Shown: positions 24,497 through 43,813 of the stretch, piece by piece
Layout of the letters: each line of letters begins with the position of its first letter
Position numbering within the stretch: position 1 is the first letter of the stretch
Source: the human T2T-CHM13v2.0 reference genome, Homo sapiens
Length of the DNA: 64,000 nucleotides
Direction: 5' to 3' (one strand)
NCBI RefSeq assembly: GCF_009914755.1
Contig: NC_060928.1
Notes under the pieces: model-generated
Told to the model about the DNA's origin: nothing
The model's database searches: none
The model's input: only the letters and a program-made list of their open reading frames with translations
Position numbers and translations under genes: made by a program

Positions 24497-25267
24497 GTTT
24501 TGCTCTTTCTCTTTGTATTTTAACCTTCACTCAGTTTGCTTATCTTTAGGGGTTGATATGCATAAATGAAATTATTGTAGATGAGAATGTTTTACATTAA
24601 AAGGATTTTTGTAAACCTAAACCCTCCCTCCCTTCTTTCCTTCTTCTGTTTTTTTGCAGTCTCGGGGGTTGAGGTGTCGGGGGACATATTGGTTTAGGGA
24701 GATTTGTGAACTATCTGTAGATCACTTGAGTGGGTTTTAATGCTGGCTAAGTAGTTTTTAAGCAGTTGTTCTAGTGAAGGAATAGCTAGATGTAACTTCA
24801 TCCTTAAACGTAGGTGCTATAAAGCAACTCTCCAGTTTATCAAAGTTATGTGTGGTTTCCTGCTTTAAAAGAAGTAAAAATTCAAATCTAATGCTACACA
24901 GAGACTACATTTTTTTAAATTTTTATATATTTAAGGGGTACAAGTGCATATTTCTTACATGCTCGTATTGTATAGTGGTGAAGTCTGGCCTTTTAGTGTA
25001 CCCCTCAGCAGAACAGTGAACATTCTACCAAACAAGTAATTTTTCAACCTTCACCCTCCTCCCACCCTCCCACCTTTTGTAGCCTCTAATGTCTATTATT
25101 CCCCTCTGTAGGCACATGTGTACCAATTGTTTAGCTCTCACTTATAAGCAAGAATATGTGGTATTTGACTTTCTTTTTCTGAGTGATGGCACTTAGGATA
25201 ATGGCCTCCAGTTTCATCCATGTTGCTGCAAAAGACATAAATTTATTCATTTTTATGGCTGAGTAGT

Positions 25268-25420
25268 ATTACATACACATATACTATTACATGTGTATGT
25301 ATATATACACCATTAAATGTGTGTATATATGTATATATATACCATTACATGTATATGTATGTGTGTGTATATATACATATATATATATATACACACACAC
25401 ACCATTACGTGTGTGTAAAT
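25268..25420. repeat. Compound TA/CA/TG microsatellite with recurring CATTAC spacer
   Basis: Expanded at the GTGTATATATAC site of the L1 3' region. Confidence 0.8.
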
Positions 25421-25433
25421 ATACATTTTCTTT

Positions 25434-25737
<304 letters not shown>

Positions 25738-26999
25738 TATATATACATTTTCTTTATTCAATTCTTTTTTGATGGACATTTAGGTTGATTCCATAACTAG
25801 CACTTGTGAATAGTGTGGTGATAAACACGAGTGCAAGTATCTTTTTAAATAATGATTTCTTTACCTTTGATTTGATACCCAGTAGTGAGATTGCTGAATC
25901 AACTGGTAGTTATAATTTAATTCTCTGAGTAATCTCCATGCCATTTTCCATAGAAGTTGTACTAATTTACATTCCCACTAGCACTGTATAAGTGTTTCAT
26001 ATTCTCTTCATCTTCAACAACATCTGTTGTTTTTTGACTTTTTAATAATAGCCATTCTGACTGGTATACAATGGTATTTCATTGTGGTTTTAATTTGCAT
26101 TTCTCTCACAATTACTCAGGTTGAACATTTTTTTCATATGTTTTTTGGTCACTTGTATGTCTTCTTTTGAAAACTGCCTGTTTGTGTCCTTTGCCCCCTT
26201 TTTCATGTTTTTGTTTTGTTTTGTTTTTCTTGTTGAGCTGTTTGAGTTCCTCACAGATTCTGGATATTAGCCATTTATTAGATACAGGGTATGCAAATTT
26301 TTTTTCCCATTCTGTAGGTTGTCTGTTTATTCTGGTGACTATTTCTTTTACTGTGCAGAAGCTTCTTAGTTTAATTAAGTTGCATTTGTCTGTTTTTGTT
26401 TTTGCTGCATTTGTTTTTGAGGTATTCATATATTCTCTGCCTAGGCCAATGTACAGAAGAGCTTTTCCTAGATTTTCTTCTAAGATTTTTATACTTGCGT
26501 GTCTTACATTTAGGTCATTAATCCATCTTGAGTTAATTTTCATATCTGGTGAGAGGTATGGGTCCAGTTTTATTGTTTTGCATGTGAAGATTCAATTTCC
26601 CCAGTACCAGGTATTGAAATAAGGTTTCCTTTCCTCAGTGTCTATTTTTGTGACTTTGTCAAAGATCAGTTGGTTGTAATATGTCACTTTATTTCTGGGT
26701 TCTTTATTTTATTCCACTGATCTATGTGAGACTACCTGTTTTTGATGTAACATAATAATAGATAATACATGTAATTTTATTATTTGTTATTTATTTGTCT
26801 AGTCTTTGAATCTATAACCTACTCTATGCCAGAATCTCTAGTGTATTACTGCAAAGCTTGTATTGTTAAAGCTCTTTGTATCATCTTCTAAACTCCTAAA
26901 ATCTTTTTTATCTTAAACCAAATAAACATTCTTTTGCAAGTATATCCCATAAGATGTTTACCCTATATTACTTTTACAGTGAAACAGTTTGAAATGGTT

Positions 27000-29500
27000 C
27001 TAAAAAAAGGTTTCCATTTGCCACCTCCAATTCATTCCTGTGCCTTGACCTTAGCTACTAGGAGAAAGATGATTAAAGGTGGCTCTGATTCCCCTATACC
27101 CAAGGGGAATAAAGTCCATATACAACTCTATGAGTATACTGGGGCAAAGTCACTATGCACCTATTCAAGTGTACTGAGATGTTACCGGGAAATGAGGATA
27201 CTTAAACTTTTATTACTCTGTTATCTAGCACATTAATAACCAAGTTATATTCTATCTAGTTTAATAGGTGAAAGAGTGCCTAGATTCAACCAATAGGCTG
27301 TGGGGAAGGTTTAGAGTGGGAAAGAGAAGCTAGTGCGACCCTATGGGTGCAGCTCTTTGGGCTAAATCAGTGTACTGTTGTTGTTTACACCTCAGAATGT
27401 ATAGTAGGAAATGAAGTGTTATATACTTATAGTTCCCTGTCCTGTAAGTGTCATAATAGATTATACCAATTTGGAAAACTGTATATAGAAAAGAGCTAAT
27501 ACCCTCAGGGATCTACAGCTCTAATGATGCTTTTGAGGCACAAGTTTCTGTGACTAATGATTTTGCTAGTTAGAGCCACTGGCAAAGGGAATAAATACCT
27601 TTCTGGAGGCTCCCTTTGGGGTTTGGAACTTCTTGCCTGCATGACAAAGCTTAGCTATTACCTTGCTATTAGGCTTTTGTCAAAACTGAATGTCTAATCC
27701 AGACCTACCTTATAACTCTCTGGTCTGATAATACGTTTTTGGGTGGTTAATTCAGTTGCCATGACTAACAAGGTGGGAAGGGTCTAATAAGTCTGTCTTC
27801 TAATGCAGTAACATATTAAAAAATGCAGCTGGCCTGGCCCTAGCAATGTCTCTCTTTTATATGAAAAAGTAGCAGCTATCTCTTCATGGGAACCTTATCC
27901 CCAACCTTGCTGTCTGAAGCAAAGCAAGCTGCTATCTCAGTGGGGCCGTTGAATCACAGAAGTTCCCCTAAATGCTAGGCCTAATTCACTGATGATTGAG
28001 CAAAGTTGGAAGCTGACAGTATCCTCTGGGTTGTGCAGATATTCAATGTTAACACTAACTATGCAGGATTAAAACCAGTCACGGGCATTTTACTTTGTAG
28101 GCAGTATAGAAAGTCATTCTCATAGATTTGGCCAATGCTCCCTTTGATAAACTTCAGTATATTTTTACTGAATCCAGCTCTTTAGTCTGCCACTTGGAAA
28201 ACTATAAGCGATGAATAAAAAACACCCATTTTGAGGCCATGAACTGTGAAAACAAAGGTTGCTGATTAATTTTCTGGATTACTCATATAGATGCCCATGG
28301 TTAAGGTTAGTTTTCTAATGAGACTAACTGCAATCAATCTGTTGATTGATCCTGCGTCACCCAGATTCCCAATGTTGCTACAAAGATTCATCATTGTGCT
28401 GAACATGGCAACACTTCCACAATTAAAGTAGAATGGGCACATTACAGTCTGCATAGTTATGATGCAGAGGCTGCCACTGAACTCATACTTGTGACCCCTG
28501 ATAAAGTTTGACCTAATTGTCTCTCACGGAGAGAGGCTGTATGGCACAGGGCATTGTCTGTGCCAACTTGTGACAGTTTGACTTCATGGATCTTTGACCC
28601 CATGCTGGTTATCAGTGATGTCTTGCTGCCATTTTTACTTTTTTTGCTTATTGCTTTGTCCTTGTAGTCTGACCCAAATGACTCTAGTCATACCATCATG
28701 GCCTTCGAAACTAACCTATGTTATATTTTCAGATTTCTGGATCATTTGCAATCCGACAATGGATAACTCAAGTAATTAGTGGACTTTCAATGCTCCTTAT
28801 CATATGATATTGTTAATAGTTGAAATAGCCTCCTTAAAAACTGACTTAAAAAGTTTTCTAACTCTACCTTCTACTTAACAAGGCAGTTTGCTGACTCAAT
28901 GTGACTATTCTCAGAAAGAAGTTATCTCCTCCTAGCCACTTCTGGATAATGATCAGAATGAAAGGGAAGGGGTTATGTAGATCTATATTGAAACTTTGGG
29001 AATCCCCCCCTGATTATTCCTGGCCATGGTACTTATTTCATTTTCCTAACAGCAACCCCAGGCAACCTAGTTCCTCTGGGTGAAAGCCTGTCCACGAGGG
29101 TCTAAATAACTCACATTTGATTCTGGTTCAGACACTAAGATTCTCTTGTTAGATTGGCTTAGTCACAGACCATATGGGTATTGACTATTTGGTTGAATGT
29201 ATTGCTCGTTGATTCCCCCTGTAGTGGAACATATGGGCCAAAGTGAGAGACATAATTGGTTTCTGCATACTTTCTTCATTAGGTTAAAGAAAGATCACTT
29301 TTAGGCTAGAAGATGATCTTCCTTGAACCTAAAGATGATCTTGCATTAAACTGAGATCTAATTAAATGGCTGGATTTGAATGAAAAATGATTGGGAAAAA
29401 GTTGTATCGAAAGCTAGGGACTAGGACAGCTGAATTTTGTCATGGCAGAAGGATAACAATCTTAGTGCTAGGAGACCCTTGAAAGCATAGGTAAAGAAAG
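27000..29500 (+). pseudogene. pol: Decayed class III (ERVL, HERVL40-like) internal region with pol remnants
   Basis: From 27502: PSGIYSSNDAFEAQVSVTNDFAS*SHWQRE*IPFWRLPLGFG; from 27652: *LLPCY*AFVKTECL, matching ERVL RT-connection motifs (PLGPYD..EVSV..WSLWQ..PLGFW; QLLACYWALVETE). From 28728: FRFLDHLQSDNG then WTFNAPYH and NSLLKN, the integrase core. Many stops and indels; boundaries approximate. Confidence 0.8.
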
Positions 29501-29514
29501 GACTGTACTTACCT

Positions 29515-29825
29515 CTGTCTTTCAGAATCACCTCTGGAGCTTCCTCATGAAGGAAGACATCTTGAGGCCAAAACCTCAGTGTTTCTCTCCTTTAATGAGT
29601 CTACTGTGTGTGTAGGCAGGCATTCATGCGGGCTCATCTGTGTTGCCCTGTGAGGCTTGTGGGCTAGGATGCAAATATGCTGATGCTCATGTTGCTTACT
29701 GGCCATGATTAAGAAAATCCATTGTCTCTTGGCTCAGGCCTGTTTGCCAGCAAACATGAAATTGTGGCAGGCAACCACGTTAGCCTGCAAGAACGGTAAA
29801 TCTCAGATCTTCTCAGTTTTTGACA
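29515..29825 (+). mobile_element. ERVL LTR (LTR40-like), 3' LTR of the upstream remnant
   Basis: Ends TGTGGCAGGCAACCACGTTAGCCTGCAAGAACGGTAAATCTCAGATCTTCTCAGTTTTTGACA; 5' boundary uncertain. Confidence 0.65.
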
Positions 29826-31607
29826 GGAGGGATACTTATTTGGAGTTAAGTTCATTCCTTGAGTTTATTATTATTATTACTTTTAAAAAGAAGAAAAATG
29901 AAGATAACCAAAGATATACCTTGAGAGTTTTGTTTTAAAAGAATAATATTTTCAAAGAAATCATGAGCATGTAAAATACAAGGACTAAAAAGGATACTTG
30001 AATTATGAAGCAGAAGAAAGAATAAGTTTAATAAATAAACTCAAATCTAGTTGAAAGAAACCAACACTCTAGATAATATCTGAAAAGCTGTTATCTACAA
30101 GGGTAGAAGTAGGGGAATAATATTTCAAAGAATAAGGGGATCTAATAACTAGAAATTGGGTCTTGGTATAATCACAGGTAAGACTGATTAGATGAGAAAT
30201 CATGAGGATTAGTCTAGGAATTCTTAAGTATGTTCTAACACAGACAAGATTTGTTGATCACTTGGGAAAGGGAAAGGGCTGACGTTTTGATAATGTCATG
30301 GGTTGAGTTCTCTCATATTCTGTGATGATTTAAAGATAGCATGTACTATATTTTAGGTAGACCACTACTTCTTTTTACTTTGTAGTGTGACACAAAAGGG
30401 TTCTATGTGCTAGGGAAAACTTTTATAATACTGTGATTTACATTTTATATGTATGAACAATTTCTGGGTACAAATATAAAGAGACTGGCCAAGGATGTCT
30501 ATCTAAGGAAACACATATGCTTTGCATGATTTTTAGAAGTACTTCTGTATTTAATTTATGCAATTTATAAGGTAGGTGGCTAGATATCACAACGGAGAGT
30601 ATTTAGTTGATGTAGTATTTACTATTTAGTTGAACTTTAATTCTTACAGCAATTATGAGAACACAAGAAAAAAAAAGATTTATGGAAGGCAAGTTTAGTC
30701 TAACCATATGTTGAGGTTTCTAGTGCATTCAAGGCCACTGAGAATGAAATAGTCTGTTATCAGAAAGTAAAAAGAAAATAATTTTAAAATTATGTAAAAA
30801 AGCTTCTTATCTTTCACTTCAACACAACTACAGACTAATATAATGATGTTAAATATTGGTAACAGAAAACAAATATCAAGCAAACACAATCTTCTTCCTT
30901 AGTCTGCCCTCTCAGTTCTGAGAATAGGAATAATAGCATTCATCTACCACACTGCGTATACAGTTAAAAACTCATAGGGAAAGTATTGATGCAAAAGGAT
31001 TGAGACAGCTAAAATTAAAGCCCCTGAAAGTTAGACTGCTTCATAGAATGCTAACTGCTGACACAGTTTCAATTAGTGTATATTGTAGATTGAATAATGC
31101 TATTTCAAGCATGGACTATAAAAAATTAGCTGAAAATAATGAAAGATAATTTGAATAATGGTAACATCACTATTTCTCATCTAATATTTATATCATATTT
31201 ATAATTTTATATTCACCCTCATTACCATCAAACAGCACCAGCAAGAATAGAAACTAGCTCCATTGTTTTCCTGTAACGTATCTTCACTGCCAGTTAGAAA
31301 AAGAAAGTTCTATTTCAGTAATAAAATTAGAACTCCAATCTTTTATTGGAGAGAGAATACTCATGCTACAAGTTAATAATTTTGTGACTCTCAAAAGTAT
31401 AGCAGTTGAGTTTTCTTTCTACTATTAGTCTGAATTTTTCTTATAAATACAAGGGAGTTAGGAATGATATTCCCAAATACAGATAAGAGAAATCAAGCTA
31501 CAAAGGGTCTGTTAACTTTGCATTACCTTTTGCTGGTAGTATGGCCAAATGATATTCATCTTTAGTTTGCGTTTTTTACTAAAATGTGTTGCCAATGAAA
31601 AAATTTA

Positions 31608-31975
<368 letters not shown>

Positions 31976-32609
31976 TATTATTGAAAATATATATAGGAAA
32001 ATATATTATTGAATATATATGCTTATAAAGCTATGGAATGTGGATGAAATATATATACTCATCAATAATTCTAGTTATTCTTCTCTTGTTTTTGCAAATA
32101 ATTTGCACTGACAGTTTTTTTTTATTTTGTCATTATACTATATGTGCCCTTTTAGAATTTTCAGTAACACAATATTTTTTTATTTACTGTTATAGCCGTC
32201 AGAATCTGGCAAATATGTAATACATGACCAACACTAAAGAAATACAGAAATTAAAAAGAAAATTAAGTTATTACAGGACCCCAATATAGAGACCTAAATA
32301 CGCACCTATGAAATAACTGCCTGAATATGCTTCTCATAGGGAAAGTGAGATTATGAATATTGTGTCTTAATGGTTCTGCCTCTACTATCTACAAACAGGC
32401 ACTTCAAAAACATAGCAATATTTTCAAGTATAACAAAAGTCCAGTGTGACTGAGAATTTTGTTATTTATCAGAGGAAGTAATTTATCAGTATTTTCTGCT
32501 CTAATGTGTTACTCAGCTGCTCTAATGTGACACTCAACATTCATTTACATACTGTTTTATTATCTTTCTTCTGCATTTTGAGATTGATAAACTATCTTTA
32601 ATTGCATTT

Positions 32610-33850
32610 CTTTAAAAAATTTTACTTTGAGCTAATTTAAACTTCAGAAAAATTACAAAAATGACAAAGATGGTAAACAGTGTTTTCAGATTCCCCTCAT
32701 CCAGCTTCCCCTTAGGCTAACATCTTACATAACCATAGTACAACCATCAAGAACAGAAAATTAACATTGGCACAGTTTTATTAACCAAACTGTAGACATT
32801 CAAATTTCACCAAGTTTTCCATTAATGTCCTTTTATATGTTCCAATAGCCTATCCAGCATCCCACACTGTATTTAGTTGTGATTTATTCTTAATTTATTC
32901 TATTCTACGAAAGTTTCTCAGTCTTTCCTTCTCTTTTATGATCTTATCACCCTTGAAGAATACTGATTCATTAATTTTTAGATGATCCTTCAATTTGGGT
33001 TTGATGTTTACTTATGACTGGATTTCCTTTCTAGTGCATTGTATCAAGGGGTCCATATGTTGATATGTCTCATTACTGGCAATGTTAATCTTGATCATGT
33101 GGGTAAGGTGATGTCTGGCAAGGTTTTCTGCTGTAAAACCTACTTACCTTTATAGTCAGTATACATTTTGGAAGATATACTTTCATACTACACAAATCCT
33201 GTTTCTCCTCCGTCTTTCACACATTTTAGTACACATAACTGGATCTTCAATTATTACTGTGGTGTTTGCCTAACAGTAGTTTTCTATTTCCCTTTTCTTC
33301 TACATTTACTAATTGGAAGTCTACTATAGGGAAGAGCTCTATCAGTGTGGACAGATGGATATTTATTTTATTCCATGGGTTAAAATATAATATTATTAAT
33401 TACTTTTTTGTTCAAATTATTTCATCTTTGAAGTAATTCCTTCAGGTTGGTCCCTCTGTTCTTTTGACAAGTTCCTATCCTACTTATGCATTTATTTGAG
33501 CACTTTCTTTCTTTCTGGTGTAAGAAGATGTTCCCAAGTACACTTAAATCCATGGTTAAAATCACACACTTCTCCAAGAAACTCTGATTCCTTTGATTAG
33601 AGAAAGGTAGTTAGAGACCAAGAACTGGGTACTAGTTGTGCTCATTGCTAGAGGGCTGTCAGTGTTTCTAAGTCTCCTCAGCAGAACAAACCATGTATAT
33701 GTATGCATACTGGCTCATGCATATATATACAACTATATTTCTTTATTTATCTATATGATTACAAATATTTAATAACATAAGTTTATACTCATACCTCTGA
33801 TTCCAGAACAGTACCACAGGGTTCATTTTAGCCTTTCACATTTCTTATTA
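32610..33850 (-). mobile_element. L1MC-type 3' UTR fragment (L1MC4-like)
   Basis: CCAGCTTCCCC...AACATCTTACATAACCATAGTACAACCATCAAGAACAGAAAATTAACATTGG is typical of the reverse L1MC 3' end. Confidence 0.75.
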
Positions 33851-34499
33851 GTAGTTTTTATTCTACAACTGTGTTGAAATTTAGTGATGATTTTCTTTTT
33901 ACACAGTTATTTTGTAGGTTAGATATGTTCTTTCTTCATCTAATTTCATGGATGTGATTTTGTGTACAGTTTATGTTGTCACGAATCTATTTTAAATCAT
34001 TTGGAGAGAGGAATTTGAGAGGTTGATTACTACAGTCTGAATTGTCTTCAGCCATCCATGAACTAACCCCTTTTTGTTTTATTAACTGAAACAAACATAG
34101 AATAGTGAAATCCTATGAAATCAGAAACACTAGGTTTCAGTCAGTCTCTACCGATACCTCTGTAACTCTAAACAACTTTATGTACAATGAAATTAACATC
34201 TGTGGGAATCAGTTATATCATCTGAAAATGGAGAACTTAGGCTAACTAATCTTTAAGATTTCTTCCACTGTCTTTTATAGTAACTCAAAAGATTATTGGA
34301 AACAATATTGTTAGATCAATTTTGTGCCAAAATCAAATAATGTGGTCTGAGTGGAACATATTGATTAAAAGTATTCTCTGAGTTAATTCTGGGTTCTAAC
34401 ACTTAATAGTTTTGTGATCTTATATTAGTTATATCTCAGTTTCAGTTCTGTCTTCTATATAAGAGGTTTTGTTGTTAAATTCTCTAAATTAAATTTTTT

Positions 34500-35580
34500 A
34501 GTATATGTGGAAAACTTTTAAATGACTAAATCTATCTCTCTAGTAGTTTTAGGTCTATTCATCCTTTCTCTTTTTTATTGTGTCAGTTTTTATAAGTTGT
34601 ATTTTTCCAAGAATCTGCTGAATCCATTCAAATTTATTCACAGAGTTGTTTATTCTATCATCTTATGATCTTTTTAAGGTGGTAAGAACTTTAGAAAGAT
34701 CTCTTTTCATTCCAGTATTAGGTGAGCTAAGTTTTCCTTCTCTTGCTTCATCAGTCTTGCTAGAGGTATATCAAATTTGTTAGTTATTTCTAAAAACTTA
34801 CTTTTAATTTTACTGATCTTTTTATATATCTCTATATTTCATTCTTTCTACTTTTGTGTTTTTGTTGCTATTTCGATAAAAATTTAATATTTAATGATTA
34901 CTTTTGAATAATTTATTATAATATATGCACCTACATCAATAAATATTCATTGAGGTACTACCTTATAAAGAGAGTACTTTTTTGAATTAAGGCCCACTAT
35001 GTCTTTTGTTAATATAATATAACTATATGATTGAAGGATTAGTGATTGCATGGTATAGTATTTTCAACCCTTTTACTCTCAATTTACTTGTGTATTCTTA
35101 TTTTTTATGTGTCTCTTATAAACAGCATATATTATTCTTCTTAAATCAGTCTGAAAATCACTACATTTAGTCCAGTTTATTCTAATGATTTAACTGATAG
35201 GTTTAGGTTGAAATTAACATCTTTTTATGAGCTTTCTCTTTTCCTGTATGTTCCATATATTTCTGTCTTTTCTTTTGAGTTGATTTTTAAATGTATTCCA
35301 TTTATATCCCTTGTTTTTCTATTCCTATTTAGATATCCATAGAAATTGTTTATACATATTCTTGATTTATGAAAGCATTTTCTCTCTTCTTGGACAATGA
35401 ATGAAATTTATGTCAGGATCTCCACTTAACTCCTGATATACATTTTATTCTGTAATTCTCTAAATATTTTACTATTATAAAATATAATTCTAAGACCATA
35501 ACACAGTACTATTTTTGTTTTATACAGTCAATGTTTGATTAGGTTAAAGCATATATTTACCATTTTCTTTAAAAATTTAT
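34500..35580 (-). mobile_element. Old L1M ORF2 5'/EN-region fragment; appears to resume at ~39800-40120
   Basis: TTTTCAACCCTTTTACTCTCAA...GTGTCTCTTATAAACAGCATAT resembles reverse L1 endonuclease sequence. Confidence 0.55.
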
Positions 35581-35644
35581 ATTTTGTATTAGGTAATCCA
35601 GTACCAAATACTCTATTTTAGGGTTTCAAATAATGCTTTTTTTT

Positions 35645-35862
35645 GAAGTATGCTCAAATAACTTTATTTTACACACTTAATGCTCAGATTGTGAAGTGAA
35701 ACATCTCTTTGAATAGAAAAAAAAAACAGAAAAGGCTGAAAAGATATAGTGGAACACACTCCAATGGTAGCCTTATAATGCCTAGGTCAAAATAAAATAT
35801 CTCAGTTAAGACAGTGCATATCCCAACCCTCCCTCCTGCCTGAGTGGAGAGTTCCTTTCTCC
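35645..35862 (-). other. Putative L1 3'-transduced flank with its own poly(A) signal
   Basis: Non-L1 sequence between the L1 tail (~35863) and a second T-run (35637-35644) abutting the TSD; TTTATT (AATAAA on minus) at 35663-35668, 18 nt from the T-run. Confidence 0.72.
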
Positions 35863-39778
<3,916 letters not shown>

Positions 39779-40660
39779 AACAATGCTTTATTCATGATGA
39801 TTATCTTACTGCTGTTAAAATTTTTGGATTGGCAATTGTTTCCTTTTTTAGCAATTTAATTGCATATTTTTTATGACTCTGACTCAGAATGTTGCTACTG
39901 AGATTTCACCTGTTTATATAATTGCTACTCTGTTAAGGATATTTTTATCTTTCTGGCTGATTTTAAGATTTATTTCCTTGTATTTTATTTTCTGAAATTT
40001 TACTGTTTATGTCTAGTTGTGAATTATTTTTTAATTTAGCTTGTGTTGACTATTTAGGAATTCTTGAATCAAATGATCACTTCTCTGAAATTTTAGCTAT
40101 CATCACTAAAAATATTGCCCCACCTCTTCTTCAGTAAAATTGGCAAAATTTTAAGCAGATAAATAATAATACACTTCATTCAGCTTTATGATTTATTAGC
40201 ATATAGTGAAAAAAGTATTCTAATATGTTTATATTTCTGAATTTTTTCCATTTCTAAATTTTTCATATGTTTTTCTTCATAGCTGTAGCTAATAATATAT
40301 CTGTTTTACAGTTTTATTCCAAAGAATCAGTTTACTTCCCATTCCTCTGCCATAACAATAAACTTATTTTCTGATCCTGTCCTAAACATTACCATTTTTT
40401 AGCATCTCATATATACTCCAATAAGGCAAATTCTTATGTGCTTAAATACTAACTTGAAGAGAAGTTACACAAGGAATACATATTTCTTGTGGAAACATTT
40501 AAAAATACAGATAAACACAAAAAGGAAAATTAAAAGTCATCTGTAATTCTGTCCATAGAGAAAATCACGGCTATATATTTTATGTATCTTCTCATGCGTC
40601 ATAAACATTTTTACTTTTATTTTATCGATCTATGTATCTATTATTCACTTATTTATAAAG

Positions 40661-41345
<685 letters not shown>

Positions 41346-43420
41346 ATATATATATATATCACATAAAAATTAGTTTTTTAGTTTTTAATCTTTATTTGTT
41401 CTCTTGGGTATTGTTTATTATATATTTTTTTCAAACTTATTTAAAATATTTGCACTTTCTACATGTATCAGGTTATTATATTAGTCATATCTTTTATTTA
41501 GCAGTGAGAGCACTAACCTCATACTCATTTTGGTTTAAAAAATTAGCTGGCATTAGAATGGGGAGAGTAGAGAAATATCTATAATATGTATTAGCATATA
41601 AAATTAGAATAAATATTAAGTTCAGTGTACAGAAACATTATTTTTTAAATTCCTAAATTCAAACAGTGTTTTTAGTATTTAATTTCTCTCTTAATTTCTT
41701 GGCCGTGTTATTCAATGGGCTTCATTGTTTCACATCAAAATGGCCACTGACATGGTGTAACCAGACTGACATACTGACAGTGGGGAAATGCAGTCAAAAG
41801 GAAGTGTCTTCCCGTTTTGTATAAAAGGAGAGTCAAAGGATTGACCTGAATGGAATAGCTAAGACCTTGGCCCTATTCCCAGATTAATCAATGTTATCAT
41901 AGAATGATATACTCTGAATGATCAGGCTTGAGTTATATTTAAAGTTCCACATTTTGATAATTTTACTGAGTAAAATAACAGAAGAATGGGGATTAGAAAA
42001 TATTCTAGGGTTTATTTGCATTCATAATGGAATTACAGGGCCTGATTTTCATGTTCTTACATTTAACAAACAGAAGACCAGGCAACATATGTAAAACAAT
42101 ATTTTGTAGATATTCTACAACAAATAAAATGGTATTGTAATCCCCAGGGTAAGGAAAACAAATAGGGTGAGACATACAATTTTGCTAGCTTATTGCCCAG
42201 AGGTGGTGACCAATTTATAGCTTTAGGAAGGGACATCAGACAGAGGTCTGTGGTATCACTGAGTTGAGGGGATGGAAATCAATATTCAGGCCAAAGCAGC
42301 TAGAATTTGTAGGACAGTGTACTGGAGTGAAGGAAGCTGCACTGAAAGAGGGAGGGCTCAACTGATGTACAGAAGCTGTGAATGATGGCAAGTTCCTTGT
42401 CAGAATCTATGTAGCCAGAAGACAATGGATACTTTGAAGTACCAAACAAACAAACAAACAGAAAACTGACAACTTAGAATACTATATCAAGTGAAAATAT
42501 TTTTCAAAAATGATGATGAAGTAAGGAAAATTCAGAGAAGCAAAAAAGGTAGGTGAATCTATTGTCAATAGAATTGAATTTCCATAAATGTTAAAGGAAG
42601 TCTTCAGTCAGAATGTAGGAGACACTAGAAAGAAAATTTGGATCTATGCCATGCAATCAAAGCTGGGAAATGGTAAATGTATGCATAAATATAGTTGCCT
42701 TTTTCATTTTTAAATTTCTTCAAAAGATAACTGATTAAAGCAAAATAAATAATAGTAATATATATTTTGTGCTTCATAGTATTATTAAGAATACAATAAG
42801 TAACAACAGAAATAAAGCAAGGTGAGAAATGGAAGTAATATTGTAAAATTCTTACATTATATGTGAAGAAATACATATAGTTGATGGCGGGTTGTAGTGA
42901 GTCAAAGGTGTATATTGTAAACCCACATATTCATAAAATGAAAACAAGGTATAATTAATTATAATTTAACATTGTTAGTCATTAGTTAATAAGCTAATAG
43001 TGAAATTACAATACCATAAAAATAGAATTAATCCAAAAAAAGGCAGGAAACATGGAAAACAAAGCAAAGAACAGATAGAACTGAAATGAGATGAACAGCA
43101 AAATAGACCCAAACATATCAGCAATTGCAGCAAATGTAAACTATGCAGTCTAATTAAAAGGCATTAATTGTTAGATTGTTTTAAAAACCAGGACCCAACT
43201 ATATACTTTCTCAATGAATATAACATTAAATGAATACAGAGATAGCTTAAAAATAAAATGACAGAAAAATTTATGCCATATAAATGCTGATCAAAAGGAA
43301 GTTGTAGTAATTATATTAATATCAGATGAAGTATATTCAGAATGGGAATGTTATCTAGGATAAAGAGGGATATCTCATAATAATAAAGGATTCAATTTAT
43401 CGAGAAAGCATAACAGTTCT

Positions 43421-43813
43421 TGTCTTGGTTCAAGGTGCTATAACAAGATACCGTAGACTGGGTGGCTTAAACAACAAATATTTATTTTTCACAGTTTTTA
43501 AAGCCTGGGGAGTCCAAGATCAAGGTTCTGGCAGATTGAGTGTCTGGTGAGGGTACACTTCCTAGTTTTCAAATTGCTGTCTTCTCATTATATCCTCACA
43601 TGGTGGTTGGGGGTAGGAAGTGGGTGGGGAGAGAAAAAGAGAAATAACTCTGTCTTTTCTTTTAAAGGCACTACTCCCATCATGAGGACTATGCCCTCAA
43701 GACAGAATTACTTCCAAAAAGCCCACCTCCAAATACCATCACAATGGGGATTAGTGTTTCAGCATATACATTTTGAGGGTTGGGGGATTCAACACAACAT
43801 TCAGTCCATAGCA
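43421..43813 (-). mobile_element. MLT1A0-like solo LTR
   Basis: TGTCTTGGTT..GCTATAACAAGATACCGTAGACTGGGTGGCTTAAACAAC...CATTCAGTCCATAGCA. Confidence 0.82.
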
